Assembly (NCBI GenBank): GCA_964106645.2
Contig: OZ067043.1
Direction: 5' to 3' (one strand)
Origin: Podarcis pityusensis
Lineage: Eukaryota
Length of the DNA stretch: 64,000 nt
Below the pieces are notes generated by a model. That model ran no database searches. It was not told the DNA's origin and saw only the letters and a program-made list of their open reading frames with translations. Positions 1 through 11,600 of this stretch are shown in pieces. The position numbers were made by a program, and so were the translations under genes. Within the stretch, counting starts at the first letter, position 1, and each line of letters opens with the position of its first letter.

Positions 1-149
1 CATTCTTTACTTCATATATATATATATTGTGTGTGTGTAGTGTCTCTGTACACAACTGGAAAATCTGCATGCAGTTTTGCTGGTGTCAGATATTACCCCA
101 CACAGTAACTTATAAAAGCTTTATGCATAATGTAAATTAGAGGTTATTT

Positions 150-965
150 TTGCAAGTCCATTTCCAAATGTCAAATTATATTTCTCTTGGGGTCTCATCC
201 CCATTTTAGCTTGTATTTATTTGTTATAGTTTGGGTGGTAATAAGTGTTTGGACAAGCAGCTAATTATGACCTTCAATTGTTCAGTAGATACTATTAGTT
301 CAAATTCTGCACAGTCTCTCAGCAAATGGTGCACTATTGGTTGTGTTTTTAATCTGTAGGAATTGAAAAAAATAAGTTCTGTGTGATCGAATAATTAATT
401 TTTTAAAAAAGCATTTGATTCAACCATGGTCCCCTCAAGGTTTAAAATTTCCCAAAAGCTCTTTCTTGCCATTTCAGCATTGTAATATATTGTCATGAGA
501 GGTGATAAACCAGGGCTAAATTGACTTTTAAATCTTTGCCATATAGTAAATACATTTCCCTAGCAGGGCTATATTTTAATCTTAGTAAGATCTTATTTAC
601 TTCAGTGACAGAAAGTGTTCTTAATATGCTGACAAATCTTTTTGCTCAAGATTAATTGTTGTGTCTTTTCATACCAAAATTTCAAAAGTGATGGCATGGC
701 CACTTTTAATTCTATGTAACATAAGGAAATGGAAGGCAGCCTGTGAAAGCTTATTGGCACAGTGTTTTGGCTGTGATCCTGGGCTTTCTCAATTCCACAA
801 AAAAATCTAACATAAACTTTTGCCAGTTGGAAAGCAAAGTGTTCACTACTTTTAAAGGAATGTTTGAAAATAAAAGGAGAGATTTGGGGCTGCATCCACT
901 TTTTTATATCATTATTGACCTCATTCATAAGTTTATCATGGTGAAATATAACCATATCTTTCAAA
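150..965 (-). mobile_element. Degraded L1/Tx1-clade LINE ORF2 3' fragment
   Basis: Minus-strand peptide HDKLMNEVNNDIKKWMQPQIS, then frameshifted remnants resembling LFQTIP and FLW..KPRI, and a distal WTCK. These follow the order of motifs downstream of the RT domain in L1 ORF2. Confidence 0.55.
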
Positions 966-1732
966 TTCTGAGTTACTCAGATCGATCGATGTTTAATGAG
1001 ACAGCCTTTCCAGGGGATAGTGTGTTTTCCTGGCAAGTGGGTCATTGTTGCTTACAGGGAGGAAGAGTGAAGAGGCAGCTGGGAGGTTGGCCCAGTGCAA
1101 ATACACTGGCAGGAACACTAGATTGGCTCTGCCAGTGTGTTTGCACCATGCCAACTTTCCCATTGCCTCACTGTCCTGTTTTAGGTCATGCCCAGGCTGG
1201 GCAAGGCCCTCAAGCCACCGAGAGACTGGGCATACAGGTAGCAGTTCAGGCAAGGGCACAGACAAAGGCAAGGTCAAGAGGCAGTCCATGGTCTGGGGAC
1301 GCAATGGCCGTAGTTCAGGTGAGTGCACAGGCTTGGAAGACATTATTCCAGTCTTGTTTTGAGGCTTTTAAGCCAAGAGCTGCCATAATCCTACCCAGAG
1401 CTTAGCTGAAGCCCCTTAGAGGTTTATGCAGAAGGTTCTCCTTGTGAGGACTTGCACTTTACTCACTAGGAGTCTTCCTTTGTAACTGAACACTTATCCT
1501 GACTTCAAGGATATTGGTTTGCCTCTTAAGATGCTGGGACTTGGGGTTTGTTTTGCCTCTACTTCAGAGGCCAAGCTGTGTTTCTGCCAGTCTCCCCCAA
1601 GGGTCCTAGGTCCTCCTTGAATATTGTTCTGGGTTGTTCCTGAGTGCTGCCAGATTCTGGGGGTTCTAGATCATGTATCTTTAACCTTTTCAGACCCCAA
1701 TACCTACATAAAATGAAGTTAAGCACTAAGGA

Positions 1733-2070
1733 ATAGTAATAGTAATTTATTTATATGCCACCCATCTGACTGAGTTGTCCCAGCTACTCTAAGTGGCTTC
1801 CAACAAAATATTAAAAACACAATAAAACATCAAATATTTTAAATTTTCCTAAAAAGGGTTGCCTTCAGATGTCTTCTAAAAGTCAGATAGTTGTTTATTT
1901 CCCTGACATCTGATGAGAGGGCAGGCACCACTACCAAGAAGGCCCTCTCCCTGGTTCCCTGTAACCTCACTTCTCGCAATGAGGGCACCGCCAGAAGGCC
2001 CTCAGAGCTGGATCTCAGTGTCCAGGCAGAACAATGTGGGTAGAGGTGCTCCTTCAGGTATACAAGGCCA
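1733..2070 (-). mobile_element. L2-type LINE 3' end fragment
   Basis: Starts with short-repeat tail (aatagt)n tttatttatatgccaccca and continues ...ctgccttcagatgtcttctaaaag...gagaaggccct-like sequence typical of lizard L2 3' ends. Confidence 0.65.
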
Positions 2071-3084
2071 AAGCACCCTATGTACAGGTATATATAACAG
2101 CACCATCTAGTGGGTGATGTTGTAGCTTATGTGATAATAGCTTTCTACTATGATTCCAGAAAATGTAATTATCTAGATATTTTGTAGGTTGCGAGCTTTG
2201 CATTTAGTACATGGAAACTGAACCAGACTAGAAAGGGTAATTTAATAGGTCTTGTGGAGCCCAACCCAAATCACAATTCCAAGACATGGTTGTGGTAAAG
2301 TTCTGAGTTAATAGAATGGATGGTACTACTTCAAATTTCAGGGTGGAGGATCACATTTTTAAATGTTCCCTAGGTAATATACATGTGTAAGTAGATAACA
2401 GACAGCAGAATCCTAATCAAATGGTTCTCCCTGTTTTAGTCTTTGCTTGTAGAGGTTTTTGTTTTGTTTTTGATGTGGGGAAAACTGAAAAATGTGTCTT
2501 TACATCTACAATATGAACCGGTACAATTCACTCTAACACTTTCTTCTTATTACCTTACTCTCATTGCAGCTCTATGCATATGCAGGGTGGGACTTAAGCC
2601 ATAGAAGCCTCTGAGTTCATAATTCATGCTTTCTGCGCTGCCAACATTAACAGATGTGAGCCCCGCACAATTGCACCAGCCACGAGGCTGCCCGCAAACA
2701 CAATTTCTGCCGAACTTGAAGACTCATACCCATCTGAATTGCTTCAACCAAGAATAATATTCACATTTTCCTCCAGCTAAGCAAACAGCTAAAATGTTAT
2801 TAAGTAAATTAGTGTAAGTCTTGCTCAATTAAACCACACAATTAAACCACCGGCACATTGGCTGTGTCTAAATTTATATTAAATATTATTCAGAGGAGCC
2901 AGATGGTACCTGCTGCAAGCAGTCATGCAGCTTCTAGAGCCCAGGAAACTACCCTGGAGAGAAAGCTTAACAGAAGTGCAGAAAAGTTCTGTTCTCCCAG
3001 GTTTTCTGAATGAAATAAATTAAGCTGCTTTGGTAAAGAGCTTGATTAACCATGCTGCAGAGCCAGGCCCCATCACAAGTGCCC

Positions 3085-3240
3085 TGTAGGTCAGTGGTAG
3101 AACATAAACTCAATTTTAATTCCTGGTATCTCCAGGTAGGACTGGGAAAGGCCTCATCTTAATCCTTGGAGAGCATCTGCTGGTCCATGCTGAGTTAGAT
3201 GGACTAAGGGCGTTACTTGGTACAAGGCAGCTTCCTAGAT
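3085..3240 (+). mobile_element. tRNA-derived SINE with CR1-like tail, degraded
   Basis: A-box-like tgtaggtcagtggtaga, core tctccaggtaggactgggaaag, tail aaggcagcttcct; homologous to the copy at 7600-7921. Confidence 0.6.
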
Positions 3241-3799
3241 TTGGATTAGATAGCTCGATTCTTTCTTGTGGGCCATATTATATGGAGTCAGACCATTAAT
3301 CAATGTGTCTATCTGTGCAGTGCCTTGCAGCTAAATTTGTTCCCTAGGCAGAATACCAAACATAGGGTTGGAAACGTCAACCATATATGAGTAGACTACA
3401 GATGCACTGGGAGTAAAAAAGAAAAAAGAAAAAGGAGAGGGTGCAGGGTAGGAGAGGCCCTCAAACAAAGACTAATACTTCTAGGCCATACAGCAGACAA
3501 CAGTATGTAACTGAACCCTCAGCTAACATACACTGAGAGTCGAGCTGATGGCAAGTAAGGGACTTGTCACCTGATAACCTTCAGCCTGGGAAATATGGGA
3601 GGATTGGTCTTAGGGCACTTCAAGGTGAAAGGATCTGCCCATGCACTTTGGAGGACTGATGGGATGAAATTGCTTTCAGAGGACACCCTCAGAACAATCA
3701 CCTTCTTCTGTGTCCCCAACTTAGAATAAAAAGCAACAACTTGTAAATAATAAAATTCCATTCAAAACAGCTGCAGCAACATGACAAGAACAACCACAT

Positions 3800-4135
3800 C
3801 TGGTGAGGCCTTTTTGACTACCAGGTTTCCAGAGATAGGGATGTGCGAGAGGGTCTTTTCTGCAGTGGCATCCAGAATGTGAAACCCCCTGCCTCAGGAA
3901 GTTCATTTGGAACGTTCTTTGCTAGTGTCCCGCTGGTGAGTAGCAAGTGTTTATTCTGCCTGGCGTTCATCGTTTTACTGTTGTCTCCTCTGTGCTGTTA
4001 TCTGCTACTTTTCTGTTTAATTGGTTTCGCTTAATTCTCTTTGTAGTTTGATTTCTAAACATTGTTAATTAGTTTTATGGTTATGTAGGTCACCTTGAGC
4101 ACTGCCTTGTGGAAAGACGGGGTATAAATCCTCAA
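3800..4135 (+). mobile_element. L2-type LINE 3' end fragment
   Basis: agagggtcttttctgcagtggcatccagaatgtgaaaccccctgcc ... tgtaggtcaccttgagc ... ggggtataaat, followed by an (AAC)n tail. Confidence 0.55.
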
Positions 4136-4159
4136 ACCAAACAACCAGCCAACAAAGCT

Positions 4160-4186
4160 AACAACAACAACAACAACAACAACAAC
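4160..4186 (+). repeat. (AAC)9 microsatellite
   Basis: Direct reading. Confidence 0.95.
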
Positions 4187-7100
4187 TAACCTTCAGCTGT
4201 GCCAAACTAATCAAAGTCCTTTTTAAAAAGGGCATCTTAACTCCCCCTTCTGCCTAGATGGAATTTCTTATGGATGGAGTAATGGCCATGGGAGGCCTCA
4301 TCTGGTTACCAGCAATGGGGCGATGCTGCTGGCACTGCCTTGGCATTAGGCATCACACATGCCCATGTGTTGCCATTGTCTATCTGCATGAGGAAAGTCT
4401 ACATGTCAGCAAGAGACCTACCAGTAGATCCCAATCTATCTTCTGCCAGCCACTGTTTTAAAAGGTTAAAACCAGCAATTTGAATTGAGCCTGGGGAGAT
4501 AGTTCTGTTGCTTATTGGCTGTGATGTAGCTGCTATTCCAAATTGCAGTTGCTTTGCTAGCTGGTACTCAGCTACAGTAAGATGTAGTCAACCCAATATT
4601 AACAATAATAGACCCAGACTTTAAAATATTGGCTACAACCCACTATGTTTCATTTATTAATAAAATGCTCTAGGTACTGACCTGAAACTGCCTGTCTTTT
4701 TAGACCAGGCCCTGTTTGAATGCCAGGAAAATGCAATTGTCTTCCAAACAGAGGCAATTCTTTAAGAAAAGATTACTCCCCCCCCCACTCATCCATGTAT
4801 AGATCTTCCAGCTGAAGGTAATGAATCTGATTAATAAAATGGTCTGTGAAAACTTATGTCATAATTACATTGACAACATCCAATGTTACTCATTCTCATA
4901 GTAGATCCATGGAAATCAATGGACCAAAAATCCATTGATTTCAGTGATCTACACTGTGGGTGACTAATGTTGACTATCATCCTTTGTCTTTAAGTTAATT
5001 TAAGATGTTTTTGATGCAACGAATGAGCAACCATTTGCAGGATATTTGCTCTGCTATAAACTGATCAGCTTAATGCTTTCCTGTCCATAAAAAACATTTT
5101 GCACTGTAATGCCATGCTTCTTGGGCTTTCATAATTTTCTACATTATGACCAACTATCCTCTGAAGCAATTGTTTGTCAATATGGGTCACTTTGGGGGGA
5201 TATCCCACCCTCCCCTCAAGTCCAATATATCTTAGAAAGTATTTGCATCCCTCCAACCTTCTGACCATTGGATTGTGCTGGTGAGTTTGGGTACAATTTG
5301 GGCATAGCTGAGAGTGCCACAGCTCTTGCACAGCAGCAAAACTCCATTGGGACAAATTGCATTTATGCACAGCATTAGATGCTGATTTATAGAAAACAGG
5401 GAACTTCAGTGCTCTGCAATATAGGTGCTTGCATACAAATGATTATTCTGAAATCTGAAAGACTGCTTTTGAGAACACACGCAGAATTTGAATGCATTTG
5501 GGCACTAAGATTAATGCCACTTAATGCCTCGGTATTCATCTGCAAAGAGAAAACAGTGGTGTAAACTACAGAGATACATTCTTAATGTCTTTGTGCAAAG
5601 TAACTTTAAAAAAATCCACACAATAAGCATATCCCAATTATCTTGTTGTTTTAAATTGGTACAACTTCTTCTTGTTTCTAACACCTAATAGAATTTAATT
5701 GCACCTGCCTCTTCACAGAGCGGGTTGTACCTATTTCAAAATAAAACATTAGCAAAGCAGCCATTGATAACCATTGACAGCCAAGGGGCTGCAAAGCTGC
5801 TTAGAACATTTGCAGTGTTATACGCAAGTCAGGCTAGGTTCATTGACGGAGGTTTTTATAAAACAGCAGTTTAAAATTTCCTGGCAAACCTAACCCAGAA
5901 ACTAGCACAGATATGCACTGAAGCATTTGTGTGAGTTGTAGCATCCTTCTTCCTAGTCAAGCAAGACAAGCAAATCTGTGAAAGGCTTCAGTGAAAAAAG
6001 GATAGCAGCCAAGGTAACCATATGGGACATTTTTTATTCCTGGTGTAGCAATATAGGTGTGATAAGAGTAACGCTTGCAGTATACAGATATCTGCCTTGT
6101 TACAGACTTTCCCCTTGCACAAGAACCACTTTGGTGTAGTGTGCATTGCAGGAAAAGAGTGTGCTATATGAAAGCAAGGCTGAAAGAACCACCCATGGTC
6201 TTTTGAATCTTGTAATACGTTGTCAATATTTAATAGCCATATTTAAGGCACCTGGCTTGCATGAGGAAAAACACTTGGAACACAAATGTACAGATGGCCA
6301 GGCATGTGAGATCTATGGATTCAAGCACCACAGCCACACTCCTTTTGACAAAGCTCTTGAATTCATATCACCATTATAGCACTCCTTCTCTGTGTTGTGC
6401 TGTTGCTGCGGCGGCTGCATTTAATGGGCATTTAATTGCCATGATTTAAGCTGTGTGCATATGTGCAGCAACATAAAAGATAGAGGGGCTAGGAAAGGAA
6501 AGGGGAAGATCCATTGAAGCAGCAACAATCTGGAATAGCGGCTGTGGAAGCAGGCGGGGGAGGGGGGAATGAGACATGGACATTGACATCAAGAGGCTGA
6601 GTCTAAACCCTCTCTTACCTGTAGCTTTCCCAGTGTATGGAATGGGTGACGTTGACCTTAAGAGTGATCTAAAGGTGAATACATTTGATGCAAGGCAAGG
6701 AAAAGCCACAATCATTTAGTGCCATATGGCGGGACTTCATCTTGTATACCTCTAAACCAAATGTACAATACTACCTGCCAACAGCAGCCAAGGACGTTTT
6801 AACAATTGTTGCTTTGTACAATCAAGCAGGCCCTGTAACATGTTCTGCACATGTTCCTCCTGACTTGTGCATGACCTCCCATGTTGGGGCTGTTCATTAG
6901 TTGTTGTTCCTTGTGTGTGTGGTTCTTTTTCGGGAAAGCCAACCACAGTGGTGAGCATTTTGGTAGCGCAGTATGAATACAAAGTCAAATCCAGATCTTG
7001 GAAAATAGAAGCCTTGAGGTGCATTTAAGGAGAGGGAAATGCCCCACTGGAGTTGGATGTGTATACTTTTACAAGAAAAAATATATAGATGTGGCTTCTT

Positions 7101-7599
7101 TGGTCCATGCCATGCAAGCAAACTATAGGTCCAAGGCTGAGCTACTCAGATGGAAGGCGAAGCTGCTTTATTTAGAGATTTCTGAGAACATTGCAGTTGT
7201 GCTTTTAGAAATGAGAAGCTGTATTCAGCTCTGTTATGTGATAGACTGTGAGCTACATTGATTTGCACTTCTGAGAGCAATTAGCTTGAAAACCGTAAAA
7301 ATAAAAAGGTGTCTGTACACTTAAGCTTGCTTGTAAACCATCCCTGCATTATTAGTGATAATTTAACAAAGTGGGACTGCCACAAACTTTTCTCATCTCC
7401 CAATTTCTATTTTGAGAGATTTTCAAGACCTGCATTATCCATGAGCTGTGATCAGATTAATTATTCACAGATTTATAGTGATTTAGGGCAACTCCAGCAG
7501 CAGCGTTTGGCAAGGGATAGCACATCAGTCGTACAAACCCACATGTTCATGGTGTAAATTGATGCTGGTCCAGATGGTTTCAAAGGATGGAGAATCACT

Positions 7600-7921
7600 G
7601 CCTTAGCTCAGTGGGCAGCACATATGTCTTGCACTCAGGACTCAGGTCTAGTCCTGGGTATCTTCAGGCAGGGCCAGCAAAGACTCCTCTCTGAAACTCT
7701 GGAGAGCTGTTACTGTAGACAGTTATGAGCTAGAACAGGCATCCCCAACCTGCGGCCCTCCAGATGTATTGGCCTACAACTCCCATGATCCCTAGCTAAC
7801 AGGACCAGTGGTCAGGGATGATGGGAATTGTAGTCCAAAACATCTGGAGGGCTGAAGGTTGGAGATGCCTGAGCTAGATGGACCAAATGGTTTGTCTCTG
7901 CATAAGGCAGTTTCCTATGTT
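7600..7921 (+). mobile_element. tRNA-derived SINE with CR1-like tail, interrupted by a hAT MITE
   Basis: ttagctcagtgg A-box, ...ctgaaactctggagagctg..., resumes after the MITE as tggaccaaatggtttg...aaggcagtttcctatgt. Confidence 0.65.
7736..7871. mobile_element. hAT-type palindromic MITE (136 bp)
   Basis: TIRs caggcatccccaacct / aggttggagatgcctg; internal palindrome ccctccagatgt / acatctggaggg; 8-bp TSD agctagaa / agctagat (7/8). Confidence 0.85.
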
Positions 7922-8649
7922 GTAACGTGTAATATGAATGAGGAAGTCCCTGTTGTGAATCTTGTCTTTGCTATGAAATCACTTCTTAGATAATCCCTAG
8001 CTTTCTGCCTCAGCCCTATTAAGGGGACAGCACACACCTTCCTTTTTAGGTTTTTTAAAAAGAGATTACTAATGTAACTCTACCATATAATAGGATATTA
8101 TTATGAGCACAGACAGGACAGAAATTGTTATCTGGTTGACTGATCTGAGAACAGGATGCGAGAGTAGATGAGCCTTTGGTCTGAGCCAGCAGGGCTCTGT
8201 TGGCCTAGATTCAGCTAACTCAATGTGCTACCAGAAGCCAGCACAAGGGCTCCTGAGAGTGCAAGAGGGCTTCTCCCCCTTCTCTGCCTCCCCCACCTCG
8301 CCCAAATCCATTCTGGAAGATCAGGAAAAGCTTGAGAACAATTGGGGAGGGGGGAAGAGTGTGGGGGTTGTCCCATGTGGCAAGCAGAATTGCTTGTGCC
8401 GACAGGATGATCAGAAGAGTGGCATTAAAGTCTTCCCTATGTTCTTGTATCATATTAAAAAAAAAAGGGATAGGAAGTTTAAATTCCCAAATGAAATATC
8501 TTTGTCTTCCATAATTTCTATGCTACTGCCACTGGTGCCAACAGCAACACCTGGAAGCACCGTAGACACTAAGCAATTCCCCATTCTCATTTGTATATGA
8601 AGGATACAGGAGAAGGAGCTCACACACTGAAGACCATCAGCTTCATACA

Positions 8650-11600
8650 TAAGAATAATCTTTAAAATTTATTTGACTAATTGTGTTACATTCAAGATCT
8701 GATGTGTTTCTTCTAGACAAAGAGTTGGCATAAATACAAACAAGCCTTTGTGCCTTCCCTAAACGAGAGATAAAGTACTAGAGACAGAGGAACATAGCTT
8801 CACATCTTTGTATTTACAGTCTGCCTTTACAACTTAGTGGTAGGAATATTTACAGAAATTACAATAAGAACAAAAAGATCATGTCTTGGCAACATACAGA
8901 ACTTTATACACAATTGTACATGATTAAGCACATGGTATCTAGCCATCTCCTTCCAAGTACTCCTGCAAAAACCCAGTTGTCTTTCAAAGATGCACTCTAT
9001 CAATTGTGTAACTATCACCGTGTTGTACTTCTGTTCACTATTCATGTTGAATTATAGTTCTATAATCCACCTGGGCTAAATATTATGAACACTGCATGAC
9101 AATTGTATACTTCCCTCCTGGGAAGCGGCTACAGATAATGGGCAGTCCAATCCTCAAGGCACTCCTAACAGCTTATGACCCACTGAAGAAAATAGGGCTG
9201 GTACTGAGGACCAGAAGCAAGCTGCGTTTTCTATAGCTGCTTTACAGCTGCTCTCCATACAAAATAGCTACTCTTTCAGACATGATTCCACTCAGCTCCC
9301 TCCCCATTTGATTTTTTCTTTACATTTAAAATATATTTGAAGGACCAGCTTAAAGGTGCTTTATATTTCTTAAATGGAAACTATCAAAAAGGTACTAAAA
9401 CTGACATTTTTGATTTGAAATTGTTGTGAAGATGACTAACTTCCAAGTGTATGATGCTTTATTAAGAGGACTTGAGTACAACCCTTGTATGTGTTTATGT
9501 GGTAAATACTGCAGCCCTAATATTTTATCTCTTCAAGAGACCAGAGTGAAAACAAATAATACATGGTAGTTAAGATACCTAAAGGAAACGGTAATAGGAA
9601 ACAAACAACCTAAACGTTAAGAACCAAGCCTGGTCTACAAACTTCGATTCTTTTGATTATCCTGTGCAATGGTATCCAAAACAAAAGTTGGAAATTTAAA
9701 TGTTATATTGAGTTTTACAAGCCTGATGCCTCAACCTGACCTAAAAAGAACCAATTTTTCAAAGGCAGTCATGTTTAGAGAGCTCTAGACAGAACATTGT
9801 ATTGCAGTTAATTGGTCAGTCAATAGTTCTGCACAGGGGACAGGAAGCTATCAGTGCACTTGGAAGCCTTCTCATTTACACACATACAAAGACAGACAAC
9901 CAGCATCTGTACCAAAGGACCACATCACACACATTTGGGATAATACAGCGAAAGTGAGCCCTTACACATTTCCATTAATTGCTCAGTGCTGTTTGGAGAA
10001 ATCACTGCTGTTATTTCCCTCCGTAGTATTTTTATTAACAGAATCAAAAGAATTCCTGCATGCAGATTTAGGCCACAACTTCAAGTCCACTTGTGTGCTG
10101 TTAAGTACACAATGGAAGAAAAAGTAAGTATAACACAAATGTGGATCCAGGGCAGCATGTCTGCTCAAGAGCAGGGTTTTTTTAAAAAATAAAATACAGT
10201 CTAAGTTAAGGCTGCATCAAGCAAATTATAAAGTTTGGAGAAGTAAATTCCTGGGGGCAAGAATACACTGGCTTAATAGAAAGTTCCTGGGGGAGGGGGG
10301 ACCTTTATTTTCACAGCAGAGTTTAACAAACTGAAATTTCTTTTACTAAACAGAAGGTTTTTAAACATGAGAGGCTGTAATTAAAAGCAAGTTATTTAAA
10401 CTCTTGAACACCAAACTGGGCCATGCCTCTAACCCAGTTCAAAAGCTGTTGTAGATTTCTGTCCTGTCTGTGTAACTTAAAAGGATGGTTTTGGCAGGTC
10501 ATTAGTTAAAACAAACTAATGGCTTCACCCAAAGTACATACATGGTTCAAACCATTGATTTTTATATGCAGTTGCCCAACTGCTCAACCTTTTATTGCAC
10601 GGCTCTTGTGGTACGCATGCATTGGTTGTGCCATTTAATCCATGGACTAAATGTGACAGATCATCATCTAGATCAGAACAGTATCTAAGAGGGTTCAATT
10701 AAGTTTAGTGTTCGTGCACTAGGTTAATACTGGCAAATGTTCAGTACTAAGTAACTGCTATGCAAGTATCAGAACAACCTGCATCCCCACTAGCAGTGCT
10801 ATTTGCTGTTCCAATCTGTGCATCAATTAAGCAGGACAGCTAAACATGCCAGACTTTGAGAGTGATTTTATGATGCGCCCTTATTTTTCATATGTAGACC
10901 TACACCTCAAGCTGACAAGACACTAGCATGCTAATTCAATGTAAGCAGCAGGCTCCATTGTTTAATCTTCCCTAAGAAACCAGGAAGCTCTTTAGGGTTT
11001 TTAAATGACCACCCTGGCAGCTTTTATGAACAAAAAGTACACCTCTGAGAGGAGTGCTGTGTAATAAAATATTTTTGCTATAACCATTATGAAGCAAGTA
11101 CTGCCGCAAAGAGTAGCTTTAACACACATAGCCTCGCTGGAAATCCATCAAAAGCGACCAAGTTTCTTTTTGCTAAGCCCTTCGCCAATTGCTCCAGACC
11201 TTGCTACTCTGGTTTCTTTGTCATAATTCAACTACATCAAAAGATATAGGGGAATACTGCTGCTGTAGGCCAGTTTCAAAAGAGCTTTTCTTCAGGATCT
11301 CAAAGAGTCAAAATATAACTTACTTTTGCACGTTCTATTAATGGACAGTTTGCTTCCTGCCCTGAAGTATCAGATTGCATAGCAACATTGAGAAAGGTAA
11401 AGGTTTTAACAAAACGAAAGCTTTCATGTCTATGTTTCTTATGGCTAACACATCAGTTAAAGGTTTTCAAAGTTCCATGCTATGCATACTGGGAACACTG
11501 GGTATTTAAAAAATAAATAAATAGACAAGTGGAAGTCAACTGTTTTTCAAAGGACATTCCAATGTTGTATTTAAAAGCAAAAGGGCACAGAAACTGAGCA

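Noticed and set aside
743-1405. 220-aa plus-strand ORF, the longest in the track
   Set aside because: Non-ATG start, no recognisable domain. Its first half is antisense to an L1 relic and its second half runs into GC-richer, repeat-like sequence.
1170-1690. Possible solo LTR
   Set aside because: Composition is suggestive, but I could not define TG...CA ends or a TSD.
1-8600. Search for a downstream neighbour gene (e.g. ADIG, adjacent to RALGAPB in mammals)
   Set aside because: No matching peptide or convincing exon found by eye on either strand.
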